64,000 nucleotides of DNA from a bacterium (GCA_037138855.1 JBAXHO010000001.1:6105-70104); one strand, 5' to 3'. Numbered from the stretch's first letter, positions 48,174-58,722 are shown. Program-made: numbers and translations. Notes: a model not told the origin generated them from the sequence alone.

Positions 48174-50540
48174 TTAGTTTTCATTTCCCTCAGTAAACTG
48201 TGTTTCTCTGATATTCTGAATATTGGAATAGCTGAGTAAGTCCCCGAAGAGATACATGTATTTCGTACCATCATAATAAAATGCTTCTGCTGGAGCTAGG
48301 GCATTTTTTTCTCCGGTTAGATTACGTCCAAATCCTGAGATAATTGGTGCTGGATTAGTGAGGGTAGTTATGTTGGCATTGACGATTAAGCCACCTTTTA
48401 AGAATAAGCCATCATTTTGTGTATCGTTAGGAATATTAATATTAGCTGTAATTATAAAAGCCTGAACCTGGTCATAGTTTGCATTAGAAGTACCGTTTGT
48501 TTTATTTGTGCCTTCGTTAATTGTCGTGGTGTCGCTTACTACAAACAAACAGGCACTAGAAGAGTTGTCAGTAAAATCCGGGTTGATGATAAGTTGATTA
48601 ACAAGAAAAATTGTTTTAGAGTTGCAACTTGAATTGGATTCAAGCGTAAGCTCTGGAATTGATACGACAAAGGGATTAGCATTATTGTAACCACTACAAA
48701 TTGAACTTAGTAAGTCAGCCGAATTGACATTTAAGGTCTGATTATCCAGAGTAGAACAAAAAGTATTTTGAGAGGTGGCTTTGGCTTTGACTGTAGTATT
48801 AAAATATTCAATCCAGGAATTGGTATTACTATTGCGGGTTTTGTAGTTCAAATCTGTATAAGACTGATTGGTATAACTATTGACAGACATGGGTAAACTT
48901 TTGGAAGTGATAGTAGACAATCCTGTATAAGTAGATAAGAAAGCTGGTTGATCAGCAAGTGAAGGAATATTTGTATTTGTTGTGATTTTACTTGGCGCCT
49001 TCACTCCTAGTAAAAAGTCAAAACTATTACTAAATGCCTCACCATTCATGGTCATCAGCCAAGGGTCGCTCATTTGATTGAGAGAAACTGAGGTAGCATG
49101 AATATTACAGGCCTGGTCTTTGACACTCCAGTCGATCCGGAGTGAGCTATAGCTACTCCCTTCAGAAATCGAATAATTTTTTGAAGTGGTACTGGTGATC
49201 TGGGAAAAGAAGTCTGATTTAGGTGTGGTCTGATTATCTAAAGTGAAGGTATGAGATTGACCATCGCTGGAGATGGTGGAATTAGCTGTAACTCCATTAG
49301 CGGTTCCGGTAGTAGTTCCGGAAATAATGCTATTTACTTCATCCGAAATTGTGAAATTCACTGTGAAACCTGAAGTTGAGGCATTAGTAATCCCGAGATT
49401 AATTGCTGGATCTGTGAGATCTACTCGCCAGAGAGTGGGATTACTTTGATCCCAGGAATATGCCCCCTTTTTATCTGCAGCAACTGTATATACTGTGAGT
49501 GGATCTTGATCAAAGATATTAGTTCCATTATCGAGGAATCCTACTTTCCAGGTTAATTTCACTTGGGTTCCGGAGACATCCTGGTTGGCCATGAGCATTA
49601 CCCAAGATGTAAAGTTACTATTACCTTCCACTACGTTTCCATTTGTTGGGTCAATCGTGCAGATTGATTGGGCACCATTATTTTTATCGGTGCAGATAGC
49701 TCTATTTGGAATGATATCTGCAAGACTAGAAGTAAAAGTTTCTGGAGCGGTATAATATAAATATTGGTAACTGCCCGGTCCGTTTTTTTTGACACGGATA
49801 TAGGCACCACCTTCTGCTCTGGTATTCCAGCCCAGTGCAGGCTCTGGTGATATCCAGAAGCCCATGCGGTCTAAGTCAGTATTGCCATCAGCATCATTAT
49901 GATATGTGATGACAGTGAGTGGATTATTGGCAGGATTGGTTTGACTTGTACTCAGTATATTAGCGTTACTTCCGCTATTCGTTGCCAGTTTACCTGACCA
50001 GTTAGGAAAACCGGAACTACAAGTCGAAGTATTGGTTATTTCTGAAGTAGAATCGGGTACATTATCGATAGGCACCGGAGTATAAGTAGGTCCAGGAGGA
50101 CTGGTCGGCCCTGGAATAGTAGGCGTAGGGCTAGGACTAGGCCACATGCAATAGCCATAATTCATCACTGGATTACATACGCGTTTTGTAGGTAACGAAC
50201 AACATCGTGCAGTAAAAATTGCATTTACTTCAGGAACATTTCCGGCAATGAACATTTGGCAATAGGGGGATGGATCATGCTGAAAAGTATCCCCACAATA
50301 TCCTAGAGAGTCTAGGGGGCAACTAACATGATTCCAACTATGTGTGACTGAACAGTATGAATAATTCCATGGATCACAGTAGCCACCACCGAACCAATCA
50401 TCATGATTAGTTCGATAACCTGCCAAAGGGTCCCAACCATGTACTATTTGGGTTTGCATAGTGAATAAGCCCATTAGTATTATAAATGCAAAAATAAAAA
50501 GTTTTGTTTTTAATTTGTTTTTTACCAACAATTGTTGCAT
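48174..50540 (-). CDS. Large secreted/surface hypothetical protein with an N-terminal 12-Cys module and a Pro-rich linker
   Basis: Signal/TM peptide; ...GYCDPWNYSYCSV...SCPLDSLGYCGD...YCQMF...ARCCS...; PSPSPTPTIPGPTSPPGPTYTP; an S/T/N-rich 600-aa domain. Confidence 0.5.
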   Translation of the reverse strand: MQQLLVKNKLKTKLFIFAFIILMGLFTMQTQIVHGWDPLAGYRTNHDDWFGGGYCDPWNYSYCSVTHSWNHVSCPLDSLGYCGDTFQHDPSPYCQMFIAGNVPEVNAIFTARCCSLPTKRVCNPVMNYGYCMWPSPSPTPTIPGPTSPPGPTYTPVPIDNVPDSTSEITNTSTCSSGFPNWSGKLATNSGSNANILSTSQTNPANNPLTVITYHNDADGNTDLDRMGFWISPEPALGWNTRAEGGAYIRVKKNGPGSYQYLYYTAPETFTSSLADIIPNRAICTDKNNGAQSICTIDPTNGNVVEGNSNFTSWVMLMANQDVSGTQVKLTWKVGFLDNGTNIFDQDPLTVYTVAADKKGAYSWDQSNPTLWRVDLTDPAINLGITNASTSGFTVNFTISDEVNSIISGTTTGTANGVTANSTISSDGQSHTFTLDNQTTPKSDFFSQITSTTSKNYSISEGSSYSSLRIDWSVKDQACNIHATSVSLNQMSDPWLMTMNGEAFSNSFDFLLGVKAPSKITTNTNIPSLADQPAFLSTYTGLSTITSKSLPMSVNSYTNQSYTDLNYKTRNSNTNSWIEYFNTTVKAKATSQNTFCSTLDNQTLNVNSADLLSSICSGYNNANPFVVSIPELTLESNSSCNSKTIFLVNQLIINPDFTDNSSSACLFVVSDTTTINEGTNKTNGTSNANYDQVQAFIITANINIPNDTQNDGLFLKGGLIVNANITTLTNPAPIISGFGRNLTGEKNALAPAEAFYYDGTKYMYLFGDLLSYSNIQNIRETQFTEGNEN

Positions 50541-50546
50541 GTATTC

Positions 50547-51509
50547 TTATTCTAAAATCGAAAAATAATAGTTTTGAAAATTAAATAGCTGGTTCTGTTC
50601 GTCAGCACAGCGTAATTTTTTATCCAATTGAACCATTTCAGTTTTATTATATTCATTAAAAATACTAAAAGTGACTAAAGTGACTTGATTATTATCGAGA
50701 TATGTAGTTTGAAGCATGGCCACGATATTTTGAAAAAGTAATTTGCAATAAGAACAAGAAAAATCTATAAAAACTATAATATAATTAGTATTACTATTAC
50801 CTTGAGTAATACCACCGGTAATAGTAATTGGTTTTATTGGATAACCTTGTTGAAATTTCGCCTCGATTTCAGCCATTTGAGTTGTCAATTGTTGTTGCTG
50901 AGTTGCTTCATTAGAGAATTCACTTTGGCGGGAAATGATATCTTTATTAATTTCATTCTCAATTCCTTTCAGCTGAGAGGCAATCCAAAGGTCGTGGGTT
51001 TTGGTGATGTTGTTTTGGGTGAGATAATTCAGGATTGTTTTCAATTCTTTTGCTTGTGTCGACTCAGGTACTTCAAAGCCTTCTAGTTTGTCGCCATTTT
51101 TTTTGGCGATAAAGACAGAAGGAGAAAATCCGACCTTATTGTCCTGGTAGCTTTTTTCGGCAGCGGCGATTTGGCTGGTAAAATCCTGCGTTTGTAGACA
51201 TTTATCAAATTGAGTTTTATCGATTTGTGATTTATCCAGATAGAGATTGGTACATTGATCAGACAATGGGTTACTTGGCTGACAGCCATAATTATCTAAT
51301 ACCACTTGTTCAATAACGGGAATAGCAATTGTTGGAGCTGGCGTAACATTAATTAAGCTAGTAGAGTTATTATTCTCGGAATCCGGGTTAGTTTTGAATC
51401 TCATTACAATTATCACGAAAATAAGTCCAGCGAAAATCCCAATCAGGAAAGAAGCAAGTAATATAATTGGAAGTTTTTGCTTCATAATTAAAGTAAGAAA
51501 AATCAACAA
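50547..51509 (-). CDS. Membrane-anchored DsbA/thioredoxin-like thiol-disulfide oxidoreductase
   Basis: CxxC active site FIDFSCSYCKLLF in a thioredoxin-like context; N-terminal TM. Confidence 0.6.
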   Translation of the reverse strand: MLIFLTLIMKQKLPIILLASFLIGIFAGLIFVIIVMRFKTNPDSENNNSTSLINVTPAPTIAIPVIEQVVLDNYGCQPSNPLSDQCTNLYLDKSQIDKTQFDKCLQTQDFTSQIAAAEKSYQDNKVGFSPSVFIAKKNGDKLEGFEVPESTQAKELKTILNYLTQNNITKTHDLWIASQLKGIENEINKDIISRQSEFSNEATQQQQLTTQMAEIEAKFQQGYPIKPITITGGITQGNSNTNYIIVFIDFSCSYCKLLFQNIVAMLQTTYLDNNQVTLVTFSIFNEYNKTEMVQLDKKLRCADEQNQLFNFQNYYFSILE

Positions 51510-51650
51510 GAAGTGAATATATTTATATATTACATAAATTCTAAAAGTTTGTCGAAGAAAATTAAATTAAGATCGGTGTTCTACATTCGGTAATCGGTGA
51601 TCGGTGAACGGAAGATAGAATAGCACAATAGATTAGGAGTTTAGCACTCA

Positions 51651-52292
51651 TTAATTTCGATTTTGCTTTTGGATAAAGTGTGACAGTAGTAGGCCACAAA
51701 TCAAGCCAGTACCGTGGGCTACTAGGTATGGATAATTATGTGTTACTAACATGGAAATAAGAAAACTAATGATAATACCAATTCCCAATACGCGTTGCCG
51801 ATAGGTTCTTAATATCTGGGGAATCAATAAATAAATACCCATTAAGCCAAATCCTACATTGGAAAGTCCAATATCCTGATAATTTCTCAATTGAAAAAGT
51901 TGATATAAAACTAAATATTCTACTAAGATTGTAATGATATTGTAGATCATGATTGTAAAGAGCAGCTTTTTGCTGCCCAAACAATATTCATACCAGAAAA
52001 AGAAGGGCACCATGAGTAAAATCCCTGGTAACATTGCTGGGTCTCTCACAGCTAGAAGCATTGTAAAATGCCGATAAAGTAGACTGAGATCAATTTGATT
52101 AAAAATTATTCCAAATTTGGTGATAACTGTTTCACTATGATTAAAGTTATATAAAGTACCAGAATAGGCATTGATAATCATAATACCAAGGAAAATACAG
52201 CAGGAAAGAGGCATTTTGAAAATCAGCTGTTTAAAATAACTAATTTGTTTTGTAATGTTCATGATAGAAATAATTTTAGCATTAAAGAGCAA
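51651..52292 (-). CDS. Polytopic membrane protein, possibly rhomboid-like
   Basis: GLSNVGFGLMG (cf. GxSGxxxG) and VAHGTGLICGL (cf. AHxxGxxxG); low certainty. Confidence 0.35.
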   Translation of the reverse strand: MLFNAKIISIMNITKQISYFKQLIFKMPLSCCIFLGIMIINAYSGTLYNFNHSETVITKFGIIFNQIDLSLLYRHFTMLLAVRDPAMLPGILLMVPFFFWYEYCLGSKKLLFTIMIYNIITILVEYLVLYQLFQLRNYQDIGLSNVGFGLMGIYLLIPQILRTYRQRVLGIGIIISFLISMLVTHNYPYLVAHGTGLICGLLLSHFIQKQNRN

Positions 52293-52624
52293 GTAATAAA
52301 TAGTAGTCTTACAACTCTGAGTTGAAAATAAATCTTTTAAATTTAAGAAGATCGCCAGCAGAGATCCAAATTAAATAATATCCTATAATTGTTAAAGCAA
52401 AATGATATCAAAAAATATTAATTATGTAAAAATGCTTTAACGATTTTGAACTTACTGCCTCATATATTCAGCTGATATTGTAAATCTGGATTTTATAACA
52501 ATAATTCGTATCTTTATTCATTTTAATTTGATAAATATTTGTGACTTGTAATATCCTTTTTCTTACTAACTATTTTTATCCTATAATTATCCTTTTTTTC
52601 TTTAATTTGTGATATAATAGGCAG

Positions 52625-53128
52625 ATGAGTACAATTTTACCAGTTACAATTTATCGTCAAAGTATTGCTGCTGATCGTGAGCAGATTAACTATTTAATGG
52701 AGAAATTATTAGTTCATCTTGCTAAGATTAGCCCGACACGAAAAGATAAGCCAGAGGATGGCTTTACTGATATTTATCATGATAGAGTGATCAAATTGGT
52801 GCAGCAAAAAAAAGCGAATATTCTGGTAGCTGAACAAGAAGGAGTAGTTGTCGGCTTTGGTTTCGGTGTGATCAAAGAGCACAATATTGAAGCACTTCAG
52901 GAATTCAAAGATCTTAAATCAGGCTTAATTACTGATCTTTATGTAGACTGTAATTACCGTGGTCAGGGGATTGGCCGGGAATTAGTGAAGCAATTTATGG
53001 CATATTTTAAAGCAAATGGCTGTCATCAGGCAGAGATTTATGTCTTACATGCTAATGATCAGGCGCATGAACTATATAAACGTCTTGGCTTCAAGGATGA
53101 GCTTTCGGAAATGTGTATTCCTCTCTAA
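52625..53128 (+). CDS. GNAT-family N-acetyltransferase
   Basis: YRGQGIGRELVKQFMAYF motif. Confidence 0.8.
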   Translation: MSTILPVTIYRQSIAADREQINYLMEKLLVHLAKISPTRKDKPEDGFTDIYHDRVIKLVQQKKANILVAEQEGVVVGFGFGVIKEHNIEALQEFKDLKSGLITDLYVDCNYRGQGIGRELVKQFMAYFKANGCHQAEIYVLHANDQAHELYKRLGFKDELSEMCIPL

Positions 53129-53149
53129 CAAATTTTTCAATCTGTTCTT

Positions 53150-54208
53150 TTATGGTAATGCCACGGTTCCGCTTGGCCCAATTGCTTTATACTCATGAGG
53201 ACACATCCCTTGATCTGGTGTACAGGTAATGGCTACTGATTGTAGTTCGCGGTAAGTAATTGTGTTTTGCTTGGCATTAAATTGAAAATCACCAGCTTCG
53301 GGTAGGCTGATATCCTGGTTGGTAAAGGTATTGAGGAGAATAGTTTTCCCTGGTCCGATTTCATCACAGCCATAGCAGCTAGTTAGTCTGATATCAAGGT
53401 AATTGCCTGCGTAGAGTGTGTCGACAAAGAGACCGCCTTTGTATTTGCCAAGCGGAATTTGTTTATTATTAATACCGGTAACTGCAGTCGTGCCATCGAG
53501 TGGTCGGGAATAAAGTGGGGCACTAGCATCAGTCGCTAGGTTAAATTCAAATATTGTCGTTGTATCCGGATAATCATAAGTACCTGCTTTGCCAAGTGCC
53601 AGACCGAAATAGGCACGTTGGCTAGTTGCATCATAATAAAAGCCGGTGAAATAGATTTCCTGTTTGGTAGCAGCTTGATAAAGCACATGTTTTTCACTCA
53701 ATAAATTGAAATCAGCAGTGTAATTAGCATCATCCGGAATCGTTTGATTGGGTTCATGCATATAGGCAACTTCCTCAATGAAATTTCTGGAAGCATCACT
53801 ATTTTTAAAAAATAATACATATTGTCCCTGATATTTACCGAAATATACTGTTTGTTGGTGTAAGCTGGAGATAGGAGCTTGGTCGACTTTGCTCCAGTTT
53901 AATAATTTATCAGAAAATTGTGCAGTAGGTAGAGTGGTTGGAGTAATATTACTGTTGTTGATTGTAGGTGTCACAATCTCTGTGGGTGTGATAGTGCCAA
54001 AATTAAAAAGATAATCAGGGCCAAGGTTATTTAAAGGATCATGGTTTTTCTGATAATTCTTGAGAATTAATCCAATGCCAATTACTCCGCTACAGCAACA
54101 AAAAAGGATAATAACGATTGTGAGAATGATCAGGAGACTTTTTTTTGTGACTGATTTGCTTTTTAGCGCAGGTGAGGCTGGGACATTAGAATTTGGGGTA
54201 GGATTCAT
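53150..54208 (-). CDS. Membrane-anchored secreted protein, paralog family A (YFGKYQG... / CYGCDEIGPG motif)
   Basis: Shares architecture and motifs with 56961-57947 and 59955-61094. Confidence 0.5.
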   Translation of the reverse strand: MNPTPNSNVPASPALKSKSVTKKSLLIILTIVIILFCCCSGVIGIGLILKNYQKNHDPLNNLGPDYLFNFGTITPTEIVTPTINNSNITPTTLPTAQFSDKLLNWSKVDQAPISSLHQQTVYFGKYQGQYVLFFKNSDASRNFIEEVAYMHEPNQTIPDDANYTADFNLLSEKHVLYQAATKQEIYFTGFYYDATSQRAYFGLALGKAGTYDYPDTTTIFEFNLATDASAPLYSRPLDGTTAVTGINNKQIPLGKYKGGLFVDTLYAGNYLDIRLTSCYGCDEIGPGKTILLNTFTNQDISLPEAGDFQFNAKQNTITYRELQSVAITCTPDQGMCPHEYKAIGPSGTVALP

Positions 54209-54402
54209 AATATTTTTTGTAATAGCTGATAAATAAATAGTACAAGTTTTCTTAGCAACTGTAAATTAAAAATCTCTTTGAATTGTCTAGAGAATTCTTT
54301 TGTTTTGGATTTTAATTTTGAAGCTGACAAATTTGTATCACAATACATTGTTGTTTCTGTCTGACCAGTTTATAATAATTTTTTATCTAAATTATTATAA
54401 AT

Positions 54403-55398
54403 GTGATGCTAAAAAGATTTAATGCTTATTTGACATGGCTCGATGAGAATGAAGACCATCGCTCCGTTCGCCTTATCAATCAAATTTTTCCGGTAATAAC
54501 CTGTTTGATTCTCTTTATTGTATTCATGTTTTTTTCGATTATCTTCATTAAGTTTTTAATGAATCCTTTTGCCTCTGATCCGATTGAACTGAAATTGCAT
54601 TTTTCCAGCATGGCGGTAGGATTTTTTCTATATTTTGTCACTGCAGTTGATTATGCTTTGATTGTAGGACGGATGCAGGCTGCCAATCCCGGAATCAAAG
54701 CGCGTTTCGCAATGAATGTTTTTACCTGTATTGGTTGTTTTATAGGAGTTACAGTAGTTTTGTTTCTCTGGGGTTTTGCCAAAGAAGTTTCCTGGTTAAT
54801 TTTGCCACTCCTAATCTTTGCTGGGAGTGTAATGATAAAATTGGCATATGAAGGAAGAGGATATTTTGAAAAATCAAAAAGTGTTCCGTTTTTTATTAGA
54901 ATTCCACTTGCCCGCTTATTAAAAATATTTTTTTACTTCAGTAAACCCTTGACTTTCTGGATTCCAGAATTAGGCAGTCCTAATGTCCAGAAAATGCGGA
55001 TCCGTAACTTGGCAAAATGGGCATTTTTATTACCATTTATTATTGGTCTTGATGATTTTGTCGGTTATATGGGGGCGATGACGATTTATAATGTTTTTTC
55101 TTTACTATTTGGGATTTATTTAGCCGATATTGTGATTGATCTCTTGATTTTTATTTCTCCAAAGTTTACTAAGAAGGTAGTGCAGAGTGCATTACTATCA
55201 TTATTAGCTGCTTTTGCGTTTCTTTATTTAGCTTATAAATCATATTCTGAGTCATATCATCTTTTACATGAGAAATTTAATCTTGAGACAACTACAATTA
55301 TCCTAGGTGCACTTGGTTTTTTTACAATCGTGACAATTGTGGATTTGTTGACATTAATAGTAAGAAGAAAAGCAGGGCATAGTAAAAAATCTGAATAA
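54403..55398 (+). CDS. Polytopic integral membrane hypothetical protein
   Basis: ~8 predicted TM helices. Confidence 0.45.
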   Translation: MMLKRFNAYLTWLDENEDHRSVRLINQIFPVITCLILFIVFMFFSIIFIKFLMNPFASDPIELKLHFSSMAVGFFLYFVTAVDYALIVGRMQAANPGIKARFAMNVFTCIGCFIGVTVVLFLWGFAKEVSWLILPLLIFAGSVMIKLAYEGRGYFEKSKSVPFFIRIPLARLLKIFFYFSKPLTFWIPELGSPNVQKMRIRNLAKWAFLLPFIIGLDDFVGYMGAMTIYNVFSLLFGIYLADIVIDLLIFISPKFTKKVVQSALLSLLAAFAFLYLAYKSYSESYHLLHEKFNLETTTIILGALGFFTIVTIVDLLTLIVRRKAGHSKKSE

Positions 55399-55453
55399 TC
55401 GGTCACGTTTGTTTTAGATCATTCGTTATCGCAGGTCAATATTTTTTTGAGTA

Positions 55454-55886
55454 ATGTTTAAGCTTACCCGGAAGCAACAAAAACTGATAATAGCAGCTGT
55501 CACGGCAGTTGCAATCTGTATTTCTTGGATAATATCCGTGGTATTTGGCGTCACTATTCTGGTTCAGGCGCCTGAAAGCAAAGTGGCAATAATTCCAGAA
55601 GTTACTCAGCAGCTTAGAACGAATCTTGTTGCAACAAAAAGTTTATCTTGCGTATGACACAGTGCAGCCCCAGCGGGATCGTTATCAGCGTTTATTGTTA
55701 TATGTTTATTTACCGAAAAGTGACGGGACCACATTATTTATCAATCAATATTTGGTTGCTGAAGGATTTGCCAGGATTTATGACAAAGTAAAATCCCGTG
55801 AATTAAAAAATTTTCAACAGCTGGAAATGCAGGCGAAAAAGGAGCAAAAAGGTTTATGGCGGGCATGCATACTGAGTAATGAGTAG
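55454..55886 (+). pseudogene. Degenerate/split thermonuclease (SNase) paralog
   Basis: The second ORF (55626-55886) encodes only the SNase C-terminal half (...RYQRLLLYVYLPKSDGTTLFINQYLVAEGFARIYD...KGLW). The first ORF (55454-55657) has the TM anchor, in another frame; the catalytic N-half motifs are missing. Confidence 0.5.
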
Positions 55887-56023
55887 GGAGTATTGAGTAA
55901 TTAGTAATTAGGAGTGATGAGTGAGTTGTAGTGGGAGGGGGGATTTTTGAGAAATTAAGAAACATGATATAAATTTTTTGATATAGATGTTATCATTAAT
56001 ACATTATCTTTTATTTTTTCCTG

Positions 56024-56758
56024 ATGGATAAGAAAGTCATTATAATTATTGTCGTACTGTTGGCAGTTTGCTGCTGTGTTTCGACATTGGGAATTATCGG
56101 ATTTGCTATTGTAGCAAGTAATTCCGACACTAGTACTAGCGGTGGCAGTGTAACCGATACAGTTTTTCCTACTGTAGAGATGAATACAGTTACTTCACTT
56201 TTTGATACATTTGATAGTAATACTTCTAAATGGAATCTTGGTAAAGATGATAGCGAATTTGCTGTTTCTGATGAATATCTCAAAGATGGCAAAATGTTGA
56301 TTGACGTTACTGCTAAACAGGCTGTCGTAGTAAGTGATGAATTACCTTCTCAGGCAATTAAAAATTTCGATTTATCGATTGAGGGCAAACAGCTTTCTGG
56401 TGCTCAAGGTGGTGATTATGCCGTGATCTTCCGCAGATTAAATGGCGATAATTACTATCTTTTTGGAGTCAATGAGGCTTATCAGGAATATACTTTGGCA
56501 GTTAAAAAAGATGGTGAGTGGGTAGATCTGATCGAATGGAAAAAATCATCAGTTATCAATCAAAATGCTGTCAATGTAATCAAAGTATCAGCAGTGGAAA
56601 GTCAATTGACTTTATATATCAATAATCAGCAGGTAAGTACTATTAGTGATTCTTCCATTCTCGAGGGTGGAGCAGTAGGTGTTGCCGGCGAATTGTATGA
56701 TGCCACTGACACAGCATTATTTCAATTTGATAATTTGTTGCTGACTGTGAAAGATTAG
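56024..56758 (+). CDS. Membrane-anchored concanavalin-A-like lectin/glucanase-fold (LamG/DUF1080-like) protein
   Basis: N-terminal TM helix, then a ~200-aa beta-sandwich-like region similar to the lectin-like insert of the giant adhesin. Confidence 0.4.
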   Translation: MDKKVIIIIVVLLAVCCCVSTLGIIGFAIVASNSDTSTSGGSVTDTVFPTVEMNTVTSLFDTFDSNTSKWNLGKDDSEFAVSDEYLKDGKMLIDVTAKQAVVVSDELPSQAIKNFDLSIEGKQLSGAQGGDYAVIFRRLNGDNYYLFGVNEAYQEYTLAVKKDGEWVDLIEWKKSSVINQNAVNVIKVSAVESQLTLYINNQQVSTISDSSILEGGAVGVAGELYDATDTALFQFDNLLLTVKD

Positions 56759-56877
56759 TAGGATACAAACTGTTTTTATCTTGCGAAGCGAAACAAGCGT
56801 AAGGGTAGCGAGCAAATAGGAAGTAGCAAGTATCATGTAGCATGTAGCAAGTAGAAAAGAGAAATTACGATAAAAAA

Positions 56878-56910
56878 ATGAGCTGCGGGAGCAGCTCTTT
56901 TTTTGTGACT
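56878..56910 (+). terminator. Intrinsic terminator GAGCTGCGGGAGCAGCTC plus T7
   Basis: Read directly; near-identical copies recur at 57965-57995 and 58245-58270. Confidence 0.7.
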
Positions 56911-56960
56911 ATTAACTGGCAATTCTAGTTTGAGGAGATATTAATTTATCATATATTATA

Positions 56961-57947
56961 ATGATGCAAGTTGATCAGCCGATTATGGCAAGTAGTAAAC
57001 AAGTGGAACAAAAGTTGGGGCAAAATGTTGTGAAGGCTACACTTTTGTTGGTGACATTATTGGTTTCCGTAGGAATTGTCGGAGCAGCAGTAGCCTTACA
57101 TTTTCGTAATAAAAATCAGCCAGTCAGTAAACCGGAAATTATTGTGTTAACTAGCCCAACTCCTGCATTAGTGGCTGGAAATTTACAGCCTACAGTCAAG
57201 GTGGCAGAGGCGACTCTCGCAGCGCCGACTACAGCAGCAACAGTTACAGCAGTGACCAAAGATGTGCTTTATCTCGGAAAATATCAGGAGAAACAGGTGC
57301 TGTTTTATGAGCCATATGCCAAAAAAGGTGAAGAACAGCCCGGTCTGAGCTTTGGGGTTGTGTCTGAAAATCAGGGATTTGCTGCTGCCAGAATTGATTT
57401 TGCACAAATTACAGATGCCAAAGCCTTTATGCAATTTACCGATCAAAAACAGTATTCTTATGTCGATTTCTTTATGTTTGATCAACATAACCTTTTCATT
57501 TCAGTTTTGAACACTGCTGATTTTTTGAATGAAAATAAACCAATTAATAATGATATTTACCGTTTTGACTTAACAACTGGCAAGTCGACGCTAGTTCGTT
57601 CCAAATTGATGACTAGCGGTCCAGTCACTTTTGATTCAGCGACAACTGATCAGTATTTAGTCCTGGAGCAATTACCTTGCTGGTATTGTGGTCCGGAGCA
57701 ACCGACTGACATCTTGGTTTATAATATCCAAACCCAAAAAGAAATCAATCTCAGCATGGCTGCCAATATAGTGTTGGACCAAACTAAAGTGAAATATCAA
57801 CTTTATCTAGAAACCACTGAACGCCCAAGTTGTAATACCGATGAATGTAATAATACTTTCTGTGCCCAGCCAGATATCTTCTGTACCTTCATGCAAGAAA
57901 TCGTCTGGAAAGTCGGAGGCGAGGTCAAGGAGCAGAGCTTACCGTGA
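56961..57947 (+). CDS. Membrane-anchored secreted protein, paralog family A
   Basis: LYLGKYQEKQVLFY..., LPCWYCGPEQPTDILVYNIQTQKEINL. Confidence 0.5.
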   Translation: MMQVDQPIMASSKQVEQKLGQNVVKATLLLVTLLVSVGIVGAAVALHFRNKNQPVSKPEIIVLTSPTPALVAGNLQPTVKVAEATLAAPTTAATVTAVTKDVLYLGKYQEKQVLFYEPYAKKGEEQPGLSFGVVSENQGFAAARIDFAQITDAKAFMQFTDQKQYSYVDFFMFDQHNLFISVLNTADFLNENKPINNDIYRFDLTTGKSTLVRSKLMTSGPVTFDSATTDQYLVLEQLPCWYCGPEQPTDILVYNIQTQKEINLSMAANIVLDQTKVKYQLYLETTERPSCNTDECNNTFCAQPDIFCTFMQEIVWKVGGEVKEQSLP

Positions 57948-58035
57948 GGGGATTGTTTTCTGGTAAAAAAAAGAGCTGCCGGAGCAGCTCTTTTTTTGAT
58001 AATCATTTAAATATAAACAAAACAGGAATTCTCGG

Positions 58036-58080
58036 CATGATCCGTACGGACAGGTTTCAAACCTGTCCGTACGGATCATG
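58036..58080. repeat. Perfect 22-bp-arm palindrome CATGATCCGTACGGACAGGTTT c AAACCTGTCCGTACGGATCATG
   Basis: Read directly; a second near-identical copy (1 mismatch) is at 58723-58762. Confidence 0.95.
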
Positions 58081-58277
58081 GTGTCGAAACCAACGAACGT
58101 CCCAGCTGCAATACTGATGAATGTAATAATACTTTCTGTGCCCAGCCAGATATCTTCTGTACCTTCATGCAAGAAATCGTCTGGAAAGTCGGAGGCGAGG
58201 TCAAGGAGCAGAGCTTACCGTGAGGGGATTGTTTTCTGGGAAAAAAAGAGCTGCCGGAGCAGCTCTTTTGGATATTA

Positions 58278-58661
58278 TTAAGGCGCAGATAAATTATCTT
58301 GAGTAGGTTTTGGTTTTGCACGTTCTGTTGCTGCTGTATTTGCTTGTCTTGTTTCTACTGCTGGTCTAAACATTTCTCCCCCATACTGTCTAGTTGTTTC
58401 AAAGCATGGACTACCTGGTTGACAATTTGCTGGTAATGGGATTCCGATTGGAGTTGGAGTACTGTTTAGATTACCATTACTTCCACTACCACCACCACCA
58501 TCGCAGCCATTTAATATTGTGCCAGCTACGCCAGTAAATAAGGTAAAAGCTAGTACTCCTCTTGATACTATGTGATAAATTTTAACTTCTATTGGAAGTT
58601 GATCAAAATTAGGGATACCTAAAAATTTCGACATGAATATATATCTAATATATAAAACCAA
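58278..58661 (-). CDS. Small membrane/secreted hypothetical protein with a Gly-rich region, inside the palindrome-bounded segment
   Basis: Probable start MSKFLGIPNF...; TM helix VLAFTLFTGVAGTIL; CDGGGGSGSNG. Confidence 0.35.
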   Translation of the reverse strand: MVLYIRYIFMSKFLGIPNFDQLPIEVKIYHIVSRGVLAFTLFTGVAGTILNGCDGGGGSGSNGNLNSTPTPIGIPLPANCQPGSPCFETTRQYGGEMFRPAVETRQANTAATERAKPKPTQDNLSAP

Positions 58662-58722
58662 GCTAATATTTTAACATATTGAAGATATATTTTCAACCTT
58701 TTCAAAAATTATTCTAACATCC

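Noticed and set aside
57838-58262. Diversity-generating retroelement (template/variable repeat pair at the C-terminus of a surface protein).
   Set aside because: The two copies differ by mixed C/T and A/C changes at only the 5' edge, not by adenine-specific substitutions, and no reverse transcriptase gene is present in the window.
57803-58321. Minus-strand ORFs 57803-58006, 57939-58172, 58076-58321 with identical peptides.
   Set aside because: They are the reverse-strand shadow of the duplicated gene 3' end; the identity reflects the DNA duplication, not a gene family.
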